A stretch of DNA of 64,000 bases, from positions 2,048,001 through 2,112,000 of the forward strand of contig CAXXKT010000001.1 in assembly GCA_963662405.2 (NCBI GenBank), written 5' to 3'. The position numbers were made by a program, and so were the translations under genes. This stretch comes from Syntrophales bacterium. Its GTDB lineage: Bacteria; Desulfobacterota; Syntrophia; Syntrophales; UBA2210. Position 1 is the first letter of the stretch. Each line of letters begins with the position of its first letter. Below are positions 20,781-33,829 of this stretch, piece by piece. Below the pieces are notes generated by a model. It made no database searches. It saw nothing but the letters and a program-made list of their open reading frames with translations, and was not told the DNA's origin.

Positions 20781-22091
20781 ATGGATGTAGGGTTACTTTC
20801 TTTGATCATTGCCGCATGCTTATTTATATTGCTGGGGCTGGGATTGCCGATAGCCTTTGTTATGGGGGGATTGGCAATTTGTGGCACAATTTACGTGTGG
20901 GGATGGGCAGGTCTGTACATGGTAGTGACTACCACCTATAGCAATGCGACCAATTTTGTTTATGTTGCCATCCCGCTTTTCCTTTTGATGGCCAATTTCC
21001 TGCAGCAGAGCGGTCTGGCTGATGATCTGTATGAGGTTATATACCGGTGGGCGGGCAGAGTGAAGGGAGGCTTGGCAATGGGTACCGTTATTATCTGTGC
21101 CATATTCGCCTCCATGGCGGGTATCAGTTCGGTGGCCACGGTTACAATGGGTACTGTCGCGTTGCCGTCCATGATGAAGCGTGGGTATGACAAGTCAATG
21201 GCCCTGGGATGTATTATGGCCGGGGGCTCTCTCGGAATTCTTATTCCTCCCAGCATTATTATGATTGTTTACGGTGGCGTGGCGGAAGTTTCAATCGGCA
21301 AACTTTTTATGGGCGGTATAATCCCTGGGATCCTTCTTGCAATCCTCTATATACTGTACATCGGTATCAAGTGCTGGATTCACCCTCAAATGGGTCCACC
21401 TGTGGATGCCAGTTTTTCGCTGAAAGAAAAAATAACGAGCCTGAAAGGGATTATTCTTCCGATCATACTGGTTATACTTGTTCTTGGGAGCATATATACC
21501 GGCGCGTCTACGCCGACTGAAGCAGCTGGCGTGGGGGCTCTTGGAGCCCTTGTGTGTATGGCGATTTATGGCCGGGTGACTTTTGCGCGAGTGAGAGCCG
21601 CGTTGTCTTTCACGGTGATCAATAATGCCATGGTGATGTGGATCATCATCAGTGCCGCATGTTTTTCTCACTTTATCGCCGTTGCCGGGGTTCACGACTG
21701 GTTGTTTGGATTCTTTGACGGGTTAAATATCTGGCGGTGGTGGATTATTGTTATTATGCAGGTTGTTTTCTTTATACTGGGAATGTTCCTGAATCCAGCT
21801 GCCATTGTTACCCTGTTGGGTCCTCTTTTTGTGCCAGTTGTTGTCAATCTGGGGTTTGATCCCCTGTGGTTTGGAATCCTGTTCGTTATCAATATGGAGA
21901 TGGGTTATCTTACACCGCCGTTCGGGTTCAATCTTTTTGTCATGAAGGGGGTCGTGCCGAAGGAGATAACCATGATGGATCTCTACCGTTCCATAGTGCC
22001 TTTTGTAGGTATCCAGGCACTCCTTTTGCTGATCATCATGGTGTGGCCGCGACTGGCAACGTGGTTGCCGAGCTTAATGATAGGAGGATAG
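20781..22091 (+). CDS. TRAP large permease (DctM)
   Basis: GILIPPSI, TPTEAAGVG, TPPFGFNLF. Confidence 0.93.
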   Translation: MDVGLLSLIIAACLFILLGLGLPIAFVMGGLAICGTIYVWGWAGLYMVVTTTYSNATNFVYVAIPLFLLMANFLQQSGLADDLYEVIYRWAGRVKGGLAMGTVIICAIFASMAGISSVATVTMGTVALPSMMKRGYDKSMALGCIMAGGSLGILIPPSIIMIVYGGVAEVSIGKLFMGGIIPGILLAILYILYIGIKCWIHPQMGPPVDASFSLKEKITSLKGIILPIILVILVLGSIYTGASTPTEAAGVGALGALVCMAIYGRVTFARVRAALSFTVINNAMVMWIIISAACFSHFIAVAGVHDWLFGFFDGLNIWRWWIIVIMQVVFFILGMFLNPAAIVTLLGPLFVPVVVNLGFDPLWFGILFVINMEMGYLTPPFGFNLFVMKGVVPKEITMMDLYRSIVPFVGIQALLLLIIMVWPRLATWLPSLMIGG

Positions 22092-22226
22092 TGATAGGTT
22101 TTCAGCCTGTTGTAATTGTAAAGTATAACTGATGTGGCTAACCTTTCTCATGCGGAATGTATTGCAGTATAGGCCATATGTTCAGAACAAGATGAAAGTG
22201 ACAACCGAATTCTAAACTTAGAATTT

Positions 22227-22952
22227 ATGAGGATAAATATGAAAAAGATGCATTGCTCGATTCAAGATGGAATTGCACAAATCACACTTGACGATGGTAA
22301 GATGAACGTCATGAACTGGGAATTTTTCAGTGAGTTGAATCAATCTCTCGACCGTGTCCAAGAAGACGATGCCGGTGTTTTAATCCTTACATGTAAACCC
22401 GGCATTTTTTCCGCTGGTCTTGATTTGAAACTTCTTCCTACGCAGTCCCTGGAGGAAAAGTTGAAATTTCAGAAAACCTTTGCCACAATAATGTTACGAG
22501 TCTTTCAGTTTCCCATTCCAACCATAGCGGCTTATGAAGGGCATGCTGTTGCCGGAGGAGCAATTCTTTCATATGCATGCGATCGGTTCATGATGCTTGA
22601 CGGCTCCTATAAGATTCAGATCAATGAAATCGCTAACAAAATGGCTATTCCCAGCTGGATACTTTTGATTTGTCGATCCTCGATTCCTCACCGTTGGTGG
22701 AGAGAAGCGCTGCTTCATGCCCGTGCCTATACTCCTCGTGAAGCCTTCGATCGAGGTATTGTAGATGATCTTATTCCTTCTGGTTCCAACATCCTTGATG
22801 CGGCTCGGGAGACGGCCCAGGACCTTCTAAACCTTGATCGACGTGCTTACGCGGTTACGAAGAAATATATGTACCAGGAAGAAGCAACACGCGTTCTGGA
22901 TATTTTCTACCGGGAGGTTGTGGAATGGAGGCTTGCCTCCGCAAAATCGTAG
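22227..22952 (+). CDS. Crotonase / enoyl-CoA hydratase-isomerase family protein
   Basis: ITLDDGKMN, FSAGLDL, GHAVAGGA. Confidence 0.88.
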   Translation: MRINMKKMHCSIQDGIAQITLDDGKMNVMNWEFFSELNQSLDRVQEDDAGVLILTCKPGIFSAGLDLKLLPTQSLEEKLKFQKTFATIMLRVFQFPIPTIAAYEGHAVAGGAILSYACDRFMMLDGSYKIQINEIANKMAIPSWILLICRSSIPHRWWREALLHARAYTPREAFDRGIVDDLIPSGSNILDAARETAQDLLNLDRRAYAVTKKYMYQEEATRVLDIFYREVVEWRLASAKS

Positions 22953-23295
22953 AAAACGAATTCAGCGAGTGTGTTTCCCAAAGATACGTTTTAAGCAATA
23001 AAAAGCAATCACGAGATTATGGTGTTGTTATCGACAGGTGATCTTTTGTGATCAAGCGCTTCTGAACCGAATGAAGTCTCGGTATCTATGCATTACGTGT
23101 CCTCCTACCTTCTCACCATCTTCTTTCAAAAGGAACGCCATGCCGGCGGAAATTTTTCTTGACAACGGATGTGTGATCGCTTAGAAGTGGGTGACCTACA
23201 GTCATATTTTGACCTTTGTTTAGACGCCAGCCCTTGTGGTTGCTAGATGCCAAGCCTGCGTACATTTGAAAAATTGTATAGAGGGGGGAACGCGA

Positions 23296-23952
23296 TTGGT
23301 TCTGGAGAAGCGCAGAGAGAAGGAGCGGAAGCAGCGGAGGAAGGCTATTCTCCGGGCTGCCAGGTCGCTTCTCTTCAAACAGGGGCACAAACCGGTCACC
23401 ATCGCGGATATTGCCCAGAAAGCCGAACTGAGCAAAGGCGCAATCTATCTCTATTTCAATAGCAAAGAGGAGATTTGTGCGCAGATACTCCTTGATGATA
23501 TCGGAAAAGTTCACAGCAAGGTCCTCCCCATATTCAACGGTACCAGTCGCGCTTCTGAGAACCTGACGGAGTTTGCCCACCTGTATGTGGATTATTTCCT
23601 GAGGGACAGGGGTATGTTCAGACTCCTCATGGATTTCATGATGCATGCCGATCATCTGAACCTTTCGACCACTACCAACCAACGAATTATCCAGGAAACA
23701 AACAAGGCGATCTCCGTCACGGAAAGTATCTTTCAATACGGAATCGATACGGGAGAGTTCTCCCTCGAGAAAGGGGATGTGCTTGATATGAGGAATGCCT
23801 TATGGGGTATGCTCAACGGGGTGATCTCCCTGCACCTCTTTATCGGTCAGGAGTCAACGCGGGCGGAGAGAATACATAAGAATGTGAATGATTGTTTGAA
23901 GCTTTTTATCGAGGGGCTCAGTAAGTCCGGAAACGGTTCCGGCGTAAAATAA
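23296..23952 (+). CDS. TetR/AcrR family regulator (TTG start after GAGGGGGG)
   Basis: TIADIAQKAELSKGAIYLYFNSKEEI HTH. Upstream TTGACA (23159) and dyad TGAC-N5-GTCA (about 23192-23204). Confidence 0.9.
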   Translation: MVLEKRREKERKQRRKAILRAARSLLFKQGHKPVTIADIAQKAELSKGAIYLYFNSKEEICAQILLDDIGKVHSKVLPIFNGTSRASENLTEFAHLYVDYFLRDRGMFRLLMDFMMHADHLNLSTTTNQRIIQETNKAISVTESIFQYGIDTGEFSLEKGDVLDMRNALWGMLNGVISLHLFIGQESTRAERIHKNVNDCLKLFIEGLSKSGNGSGVK

Positions 23953-23998
23953 CGGTAAAACAAGTTTTTTGTTTTACACGTAACAAAGGAGGAGTGAT

Positions 23999-26419
23999 AT
24001 GCCGTATAAGATCAGGGAAGCCGCCGTTATAGGGGCGGGAGTCATGGGCGCGACGATAGCCGCTCACTTGGCCAATGCAGGAATCGAGAGCGTGATGCTT
24101 GATATCGTGCCCCCCTTTGATCCGAGTGAGAAGGATCTGAAAAAGGGGGTGACCAAGGAGAGCAAGGCGTGGCGGAACAGTTTTGCGGCCAATGGTCTTG
24201 CCGGAGTGACAAAGTCCAAACCGGCGAGTTTCTTTTCCAAAAAACTCGCGTCGATGATCACTATCGGAAACCTCGAAGACGATCTCGATCTCCTAAAGGA
24301 TGTTGATTTTCTGCTCGAGGTGGTGGTGGAGAATCTCAAGGTCAAGCAGGAACTCTTTGCGAAGCTGAAGAAGGTCCTCAAACCGGACTGTATCGTTGCG
24401 ACCAACACCTCCGGCATCCCGATCGCCGATATCTCCGCGAAAATGGACGATACGCTCAAAGAACGTTTCCTGGGTGTCCACTTCTTCAATCCCCCCCGCT
24501 ATATGAAGCTGGTGGAGGTGATTCCCGGCAAGACGACCAAGAAGGATCTCATCAGCTATATGGTTGCCTTTCTTCAAAATGTCGTCGGGAAAGGTGTTGT
24601 CCTCTGCAAGGATGTCCCCAATTTTATCGCGAACCGGATCGGAACCTTCGATATGTCGAACGCGATCGACACCATGGTCAGCACGGGAATGACGGTGCCG
24701 GAGATGGATGCCATCATCTCCAAGCCCCTCGGCAGACCCGGTTCGGCGATCTTCGGTACGCTCGACCTCGTCGGTCTGGATACCGGCGACCATGTCAACA
24801 AGAACCTGATGGAAGCGGTCCCGAATGACGAGATGATCTGGATCTTCAAGGGCCCTGATTTTATGGAAAAAATGCTCGAAAACAAGTGGCTCGGCAACAA
24901 GACGGGGCAGGGCTTTTACAAAAGGGCAAAAGACGAGAAAGGGAAGAAGGTCAAACTGGTACTTGACTACAACACCCTGGAGTATGCCCCCTTCCAGAAG
25001 CCGGTCTTCGAGTCCATCGCGGAGGCGGCAAAGGCCCCCGGCGGATTCGACGGAAAGCTCAAGGCACTCTTCTACTCGAAGAAGGATAAGGCCGCTGATG
25101 TCGTCCGGCAGTACCTCTGCAGGAACTTCATCTATGCGGCAAACCGGATCCCCGAGATCGCCGACACGGTGTACCAGATCGACAACGCCATGAAGTGGGG
25201 CTACAACCACCAGAAGGGTCCCTTCGAGACGTGGGATGCCGTGGGGGTGAAGAAGTCGTTGGGGGTGATGGAGAAACTGGGGCTGAAGGTCCCCAAGAAG
25301 ATCAAAGATATGCTGGAGAAGGGGTGCAAGACCTTCTACACGAAGAAGAAGGACGGGATCTACTGTTACGACTTCAAGAAGAACGATTACGTCAAGATGG
25401 AGGAGAACCCGCGGGTTATCCTCCTTCCCGAACTCAAGGCGAAGAAGAAGGTTGTCAAGGAGAATGCCGGCGCCTCTCTCGTCGATATCGGTGACGGCGT
25501 GGCATGCCTCGAGTTCCATACCAAGATGAACGCCATCGATCAGGATCTCACGCAGATGATATATGACAGCTGTGATATCGTGGAGAAGGATTTCGAGGGG
25601 CTGGTCGTTGCGAACCATGCCACGAACTTCTCTGTCGGCGCCAATGTCTTTAACCTGCTTGTGGCGGTCCAGCAGGGGCAGTGGGACGATATCGACAAAG
25701 AGATCCACGCCCTGCAGTATGCCAACATGAGACTTAAGTATCTGGACAAACCGGTCGTCACCGCTCCGGCGGGTATGGCATTGGGCGGGGGCTGCGAGAT
25801 AGCCATGCACGGCCACCGCTGCCAGCCCTGCGGCGAGTCATACATGGGCCTGGTGGAAGTGGGCGTCGGCCTGCTCCCCGCGGGCGGCGGATGCAAGGAA
25901 CTGATGGTGCGCTGCACCGAGGGTCTGCCGACCGGTGTCGTTGAGGTTGCGAACCTGGATCCCATCTATCAGAAGGTCCTGCAGAACATAGCGCAGGCAA
26001 CGGTTTCCACCAGCGCGGTGGAGGCGATGGAACTGGGGTATGTCAGGAAGACGGAAAATCTGAGTCTCAACCGTGAGCACCAGATATGGGATGCCAAGGA
26101 GCTCGTCTTGGCGATGGCCGGGTCCTTCAGGAGGAAAAAACCCGACATGATCCCCGTCCTGGGAGAGAATTTTATGGGTATCGTACAGGCCTTCCTGTTC
26201 AACATGAAACACGGGAACTACATGTCCGACTACGACCTGCACGTCACCACAAAGATCGCATGGGTCCTCTCCGGCGGTCAGTGTCCGGAGAACACCTTTG
26301 TCACTGAAGACGCGATTCTTGATCGTGAACGGGAGGCATTTCTCAGCCTCGCCGGTGAAGAGAAGACGCAGAAGCGTATTGAGCATATGCTCACGACGGG
26401 GAAACCGCTTCGTAACTAA
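23999..26419 (+). CDS. fadN: 3-hydroxyacyl-CoA dehydrogenase / enoyl-CoA hydratase (FadN-like)
   Basis: GAGVMG, TNTSG, HFFNPPRYM; C-terminal crotonase ALGGGCE; ends GKPLRN. Confidence 0.9.
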   Translation: MPYKIREAAVIGAGVMGATIAAHLANAGIESVMLDIVPPFDPSEKDLKKGVTKESKAWRNSFAANGLAGVTKSKPASFFSKKLASMITIGNLEDDLDLLKDVDFLLEVVVENLKVKQELFAKLKKVLKPDCIVATNTSGIPIADISAKMDDTLKERFLGVHFFNPPRYMKLVEVIPGKTTKKDLISYMVAFLQNVVGKGVVLCKDVPNFIANRIGTFDMSNAIDTMVSTGMTVPEMDAIISKPLGRPGSAIFGTLDLVGLDTGDHVNKNLMEAVPNDEMIWIFKGPDFMEKMLENKWLGNKTGQGFYKRAKDEKGKKVKLVLDYNTLEYAPFQKPVFESIAEAAKAPGGFDGKLKALFYSKKDKAADVVRQYLCRNFIYAANRIPEIADTVYQIDNAMKWGYNHQKGPFETWDAVGVKKSLGVMEKLGLKVPKKIKDMLEKGCKTFYTKKKDGIYCYDFKKNDYVKMEENPRVILLPELKAKKKVVKENAGASLVDIGDGVACLEFHTKMNAIDQDLTQMIYDSCDIVEKDFEGLVVANHATNFSVGANVFNLLVAVQQGQWDDIDKEIHALQYANMRLKYLDKPVVTAPAGMALGGGCEIAMHGHRCQPCGESYMGLVEVGVGLLPAGGGCKELMVRCTEGLPTGVVEVANLDPIYQKVLQNIAQATVSTSAVEAMELGYVRKTENLSLNREHQIWDAKELVLAMAGSFRRKKPDMIPVLGENFMGIVQAFLFNMKHGNYMSDYDLHVTTKIAWVLSGGQCPENTFVTEDAILDREREAFLSLAGEEKTQKRIEHMLTTGKPLRN

Positions 26420-26470
26420 CCATGACACATTGAGCCGCCATGAGCGCGGCAGACGATAAGGAGGATTATT

Positions 26471-27658
26471 ATGCGTGAAGCTGTTATTGTTGCATCAGTA
26501 AGGAGTCCGGGTGGACGATACAAGAGGGGCGGTCTGGCCCAGACCAGGGGAGACGAGATAGGAATCCAGGTGCTCAGGGGGCTGATGAAAAGGGTGCCAC
26601 AGGTCAAACACGAGATGGTCGACGATATCGTCTGTGGGTGCTCATTTCCCGAGGCCGAACAGGGGATGAACCTCGGCAGGATCATAGGGCTCGGGGCCGG
26701 GTTCCCGATAACCACCTCGGGGATGACGGTCAACCGTTTCTGCTCTTCCGGTATCCAGTCCATAGCGGATGCGACGGCGAAGGTCAGGGCGGGATGGTCG
26801 GATATCATCATTGCCGGCGGCTGCGAGACCATGAGCCATATACCGATGGGTGGATGGATAACCCGCCCGCATCCCGACTGGGGCGATCTCCCGATGGCCT
26901 ACGTCTCGATGGGAATCACCGCGGAAAATGTTGCGGCCAACTACGGCATTTCCCGTGAAGAGCAGGACAAGATGGGGCTAGAGAGCAACCGCAGGGCCTA
27001 CGAGGCCATACAGGCGGGCTTGTGGAAAGAGGAGATCATTCCCATCAACGCCTGGAAGTACAAGAAGGACAAGAAGGGGCAGTGGGTCAGGAATACCTTT
27101 GTCTTTGACATGGACGACGGCGTGAGATGGCCCTCGACCATGGAGAACATGGCGAAGCTGAAATCCCCCTTCAAGCTGGGTGGGTCGGTGACGGCGGCAA
27201 ACGCCTCGCAGATGACCGACGGGGCCGCCTTCTCGATGATCATGTCCGCCGAGAAGGCGGATGAGCTGGGGTTGAAACCCCTCGCCAAGCTGACCCATTA
27301 TGCGGTCGCGGGGAACAAACCGGAGGAGATGGGTGTCGGTCCCCGTTACGCGATCCCGAAGGTCCTGAAGCTGGCCGGGATGACGACGGACGATATCGAG
27401 CTGTTCGAGATCAACGAGGCCTTCGCTTCCCAGGCCCTGTATTCCTGCAGGGAACTCGGGCTGACCGAGCGGTACTGGAAGGGAGATATCAATCCGAACG
27501 GCGGTGCCATCGCCATCGGCCATCCCCTGGGATGCACCGGCGCGAAGCTGACCTGCCAGTTGCTGCACGAGCTGAAGAGGCGGAAACTGAAGAGGGGAAT
27601 CGTTTCCATGTGTATCGGTGGCGGAATGGGCGCGGCCGGTATCTACGAGATGCTGTAA
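26471..27658 (+). CDS. fadA: Acetyl-CoA C-acyltransferase (thiolase)
   Basis: NRFCSSG, NEAFA, GHPLG, MCIGGGMG. Confidence 0.93.
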   Translation: MREAVIVASVRSPGGRYKRGGLAQTRGDEIGIQVLRGLMKRVPQVKHEMVDDIVCGCSFPEAEQGMNLGRIIGLGAGFPITTSGMTVNRFCSSGIQSIADATAKVRAGWSDIIIAGGCETMSHIPMGGWITRPHPDWGDLPMAYVSMGITAENVAANYGISREEQDKMGLESNRRAYEAIQAGLWKEEIIPINAWKYKKDKKGQWVRNTFVFDMDDGVRWPSTMENMAKLKSPFKLGGSVTAANASQMTDGAAFSMIMSAEKADELGLKPLAKLTHYAVAGNKPEEMGVGPRYAIPKVLKLAGMTTDDIELFEINEAFASQALYSCRELGLTERYWKGDINPNGGAIAIGHPLGCTGAKLTCQLLHELKRRKLKRGIVSMCIGGGMGAAGIYEML

Positions 27659-27683
27659 TCCCTGACGATCATCTCTGATCTGG

Positions 27684-27715
27684 AAAAGCCATGGCCCCCG
27701 CGGTCATGGCTTTTC
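27684..27715 (+). terminator. Intrinsic (bidirectional-type) terminator
   Basis: AAAAGCCATGGCC-loop-GGTCATGGCTTTT. Confidence 0.75.
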
Positions 27716-28036
27716 TGCGTTTTATAGGCGGATCGGCCTATCGTCGGTCTGTGGAAACCCGCCGTTCGATCCCGGGGAAGGGGAAAAACCGAGGCGGGTG
27801 CAGACAGGGCTGTATCTTTTGTTTCCGGTGTGATACTTTATCCAAAAATAGCTATTACAACCCGATTTCCATCTTCTCAATCTCCACTCACCTCGGCTCA
27901 AGTGACTGGAATAATGGCCATAATTTGCTGTAAGTCTTGAAGCACGGCCTGCCATAGCACGTTGTTTGATCGCACCACAGAGACCCAACATCATTGCATA
28001 TAATTTGATAAACAGATTACCCAAAGGAGGGCTCCC

Positions 28037-30697
<2,661 letters not shown>

Positions 30698-30730
30698 ACA
30701 AACAGTGCCGTATATCTGGTAGAGATCCGG

Positions 30731-30762
30731 AAAAGCCGTGACCGTTCCGGCCATGGCTTTTT
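30731..30762 (+). terminator. Intrinsic terminator
   Basis: AAAAGCCGTGACC-loop-GGCCATGGCTTTTT. Confidence 0.72.
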
Positions 30763-30859
30763 CGCTTTACACGAGAGCTCGGACGGGATATTGACGGGAA
30801 ACTCCCGGCAGGAAAGCATAGCAACCAGGAGCCGGGAAATTTCCATATGAGAGGAAGAG

Positions 30860-31672
30860 ATGAAGATCGGTTTTGTACAATTTAAGCCGCGGTTCGGCGA
30901 TATCGACGGCAACCTGGAACAGGCCGCGGGCCTGGTCAGGGGAACAGACGCGGATCTGCTGGTCCTCCCGGAGCTCTTCAACACCGGGTACGTCTTTACA
31001 TCAAAGGAAGAAGCGATAGCTCTTGGTGAGGAGGTGCCGGATGGGAAGACGACGCGGGCCCTGTGTGAGCTGGCGGAGGAAACGGGCACCTGTATCGTCG
31101 GCGGTCTCGCCGAGCGAGACGGCGAGCGGGTCTTTAATGGAGCCGTCATGGTATCGCCTGACGGGTATGTCGGCAGGTACCGCAAGACGCACCTCTTCTT
31201 CGAAGAGACGCTGTGGTTCGACCCCGGGGACGAGGAATTCACCGTTTACGATATCGGTATCTGCCGAGTGGGGATCATGATCTGCTTCGACTGGTTTTTC
31301 CCTGAGTCCATGCGGATCCTTGCCCTCAAGGGGGCAGATCTCGTCTGCCACCCCTCGAATCTGGTGCTGCCCTTCTGCCAGGAATCGATGAAGACCCGGT
31401 GCCGGGAAAACCATGTCTTCGCCGTGACGGCAAACCGCACGGGAACCGAGACACGAGGCGATCGCTCACTCTACTTTACCGGGATGAGTCAGATCACCGG
31501 GGCCGACGGGACCATCCTCTCCAGCGCCGGCGAGGATTCACAAGAGGTCAAGATCGTGGAGATCGACCCGACGGAGGCACGGAACAAAAACGTCAACGAC
31601 TACAACAACATCTTTACGGACAGGAGACCGGACTTCTACGGCGATATCGTCGGGAAGAAGGCGGAGGAGTAG
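30860..31672 (+). CDS. Nitrilase / carbon-nitrogen hydrolase family protein
   Basis: E-K-C triad: LPELF, YRKTHL, ICFD. Confidence 0.9.
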   Translation: MKIGFVQFKPRFGDIDGNLEQAAGLVRGTDADLLVLPELFNTGYVFTSKEEAIALGEEVPDGKTTRALCELAEETGTCIVGGLAERDGERVFNGAVMVSPDGYVGRYRKTHLFFEETLWFDPGDEEFTVYDIGICRVGIMICFDWFFPESMRILALKGADLVCHPSNLVLPFCQESMKTRCRENHVFAVTANRTGTETRGDRSLYFTGMSQITGADGTILSSAGEDSQEVKIVEIDPTEARNKNVNDYNNIFTDRRPDFYGDIVGKKAEE

Positions 31673-31720
31673 AAGACGGCATTCCTGAATATCGAAATTC
31701 ATATTCCAAGGAGGCATGCT

Positions 31721-32199
31721 ATGTTCGATAGAAAGAAATGCGCTTTGTTCGTACTGGTCGTGATCTTCTGCTTGGGTTTGCTGGCCACCCCGGCTTCTGC
31801 GACCCAAAACTTCACCCTGATCAACCACAGCCCGTGCATTATCTGGATCCAGATACGATCCGACCAGGGGGGGGCGTCATTGCAAAAGCACTGGTCCCCA
31901 ATGAGATGTTCACCAGAGAGAATCGTGGGGGCAACGGCATCAGCAGAATACAGGCCGGTCCCACCTGTGCCGTGGATGATTGCTGCTACATCAAAAAAAT
32001 CGACCTCTCCCCGAATGTTCAAGGCACGGCCTGGCGGGTGGATATATACGGCGATAGGCTGGAGCTTTATGACTGCACCACCTGGACGAAAGTGGCATCT
32101 GCCACGGGAAATATGACCAATTGCCCGTCCTGTAACAAGACTAATGCTATGGTTTTCGGCGCTGGTACAGGACCGACGGAGACGCGCGGAACGGAGTAA
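31721..32199 (+). pseudogene. Secreted Cys-rich hypothetical protein, frameshifted at a G8 tract (31867-31874)
   Basis: The signal-peptide frame (31721, GGAGG RBS) joins the Cys-rich frame ending at 32199 if the tract is G9 or G6. Confidence 0.6.
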
Positions 32200-32227
32200 T
32201 GGCGCCAGGAGTTCCGAGTTCCGGAGT

Positions 32228-32964
32228 TCCGGGGACACCTTACTTAATTATTGACAAAAGCCAGCTAATTTGATTGATTTTTGACATGGCACGAATAGCA
32301 AGAGCAGTAGCGCCGGGAATCCCGCATCACGTAACACAGCGAGGAAACAGGCGGCAGCTGACATTTTTCAACGATGAAGATTACCAATCCTATTTGGAGT
32401 TAATGTCCGAATGGTGTGATACGTTTAGAGTGGAGACTTGGGCTTATTGTCTTATGCCAAACCACATTCACCTGATTGTTGTACCTGAAACAAAGGAAGG
32501 TTTGAATCAGGCAATTGGTGAAGCGCACAAACGATACACACGACGGATCAATTTTCGTGAAGGATGGCGTGGGCATTTATGGCAGGGAAGGTTTTCATCT
32601 TTTATCATGGATGAGGGGTATCTTTTGGCATGTACCAGATATGTAGAATTAAATCCGGTCAAGGCAGGCTTGGTAAAAAAGCCTGAAGACTGGCAATGGA
32701 GTAGTGCCAGACCACATATGAAAGGTAAAGATGATATTCTTGTAAAAACAAAACCATTGCTGGAAATAGTAACCAAACCCTGGAAAGAATTTTTGTCTGT
32801 TGCTGCTCAGGAACAGGAAATAACGTTATTGAGAAAACACGAACGAACCGGGCGGCCTTTAGGAACAGCTTCTTTTATTGGGACAATGGAACACCTTTTA
32901 GGCCGAAGGCTTAAACCTCAAAAACCTGGACCTAAAAAGAGAGATAAGTAAGGTGTCCCCGGAA
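32228..32964 (+). mobile_element. RAYT element bounded by perfect terminal inverted repeats
   Basis: TTCCGGGGACACCTTACTTA ... TAAGTAAGGTGTCCCCGGAA; the right TIR overlaps the stop codon. Confidence 0.8.
32286..32951 (+). CDS. REP-associated tyrosine transposase (RAYT / Y1 HUH)
   Basis: MARIAR, HHVTQRGNRR, YCLMPNHIHL (HUH), HLWQGRF, YVELNPV. Confidence 0.9.
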   Translation: MARIARAVAPGIPHHVTQRGNRRQLTFFNDEDYQSYLELMSEWCDTFRVETWAYCLMPNHIHLIVVPETKEGLNQAIGEAHKRYTRRINFREGWRGHLWQGRFSSFIMDEGYLLACTRYVELNPVKAGLVKKPEDWQWSSARPHMKGKDDILVKTKPLLEIVTKPWKEFLSVAAQEQEITLLRKHERTGRPLGTASFIGTMEHLLGRRLKPQKPGPKKRDK

Positions 32965-32980
32965 TTCCGGAATTCGTCAT

Positions 32981-33121
32981 GGCTAACACACTATTGCACG
33001 GCGACCCCACCCGCGCTCGCCAATTTTGACATACGTGCCCGCCGTAAACGTTTGGGTAGTTGTGTCGGCTTTCTACTGCCGCACCCGGCGCGGGTAGGGC
33101 TCGTGAATAGAGGCATTAGAC
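32981..33121 (+). other. attC-like integron cassette recombination site
   Basis: R'' GGCTAAC; L'' CTATT(G)CACG pairs with L' CGTGAATAG with an extrahelical G; extended stem; R' ATTAGAC (variant of GTTRRRY). Confidence 0.75.
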
Positions 33122-33290
33122 TACACAAAAATATCAAATATAATGGGGAAAAATGCTAGCCAGATATTTTATTGTTTCCATAGTTTTTCTTTTATTTAAT
33201 TTTTTTGTGTTTCGATTAGTTATTAGGAATGATTATCTAAAGAATCATAAATTATCTCCTTTAATTCCGTAATTCCGGGGACATCCGTAA

Positions 33291-33434
33291 TTCCGGGGAC
33301 ACCTTACTTAATTATTAACAAAAGTCAGCTAGGGGCGGCTTCTTTTATTGGAACAATGAAACATCTTTTGGACCGAAAACTTAAACCTCAAAAACCTGGA
33401 CCTAAAAAGAAAGATAAGGAAGGTGTCCCCGGAA
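33291..33434 (+). mobile_element. MITE: internal-deletion derivative of the RAYT element
   Basis: Left ~50 bp of the element fused to the 3' end of the RAYT gene; both TIRs retained. Confidence 0.85.
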
Positions 33435-33829
33435 TTCGGAAAAGTATAGGAAGATGTACGATCTGTAATATCTTTCATAGAGGGTGATGCACTCCGGAAT
33501 CCCCGCGATATAATGACAGACAGCCCCTGACAACAGGAGATGCCCGGCAACGTATCGGAGTAAAGGCGGATATCCCGCTTATACGGGATTGCGGCATCCA
33601 TGAAACTCGTTGACACTTTTATTTACGAGTTAATAGAACCGTGAACCAAGAGGCAAAAGGCTAGACCTGACCCCTAAGACCCCCAACATATCGTACGTGT
33701 ATTTAGGAAGTGTGGGAAAAATCTGTTTGGTAAGGGAATTGACAAGTTTCTGGATTCTTCCTGCTTTGAAGCGGTTTTTTCCAAAGGGGACGTGCATATT
33801 GTCAGGGCAACATGTCTGGGAGAGAAAAC

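Noticed and set aside
24293..25816. 507-aa minus-strand ORF (similarly 45739-46908, 52276-53745, 61521-62570)
   Set aside because: Antisense shadows of well-supported genes.
27914..27930. Sigma54 promoter upstream of the ALDH-ADH gene
   Set aside because: The GG-GC spacing is one base short of the strict -24/-12 spacing.
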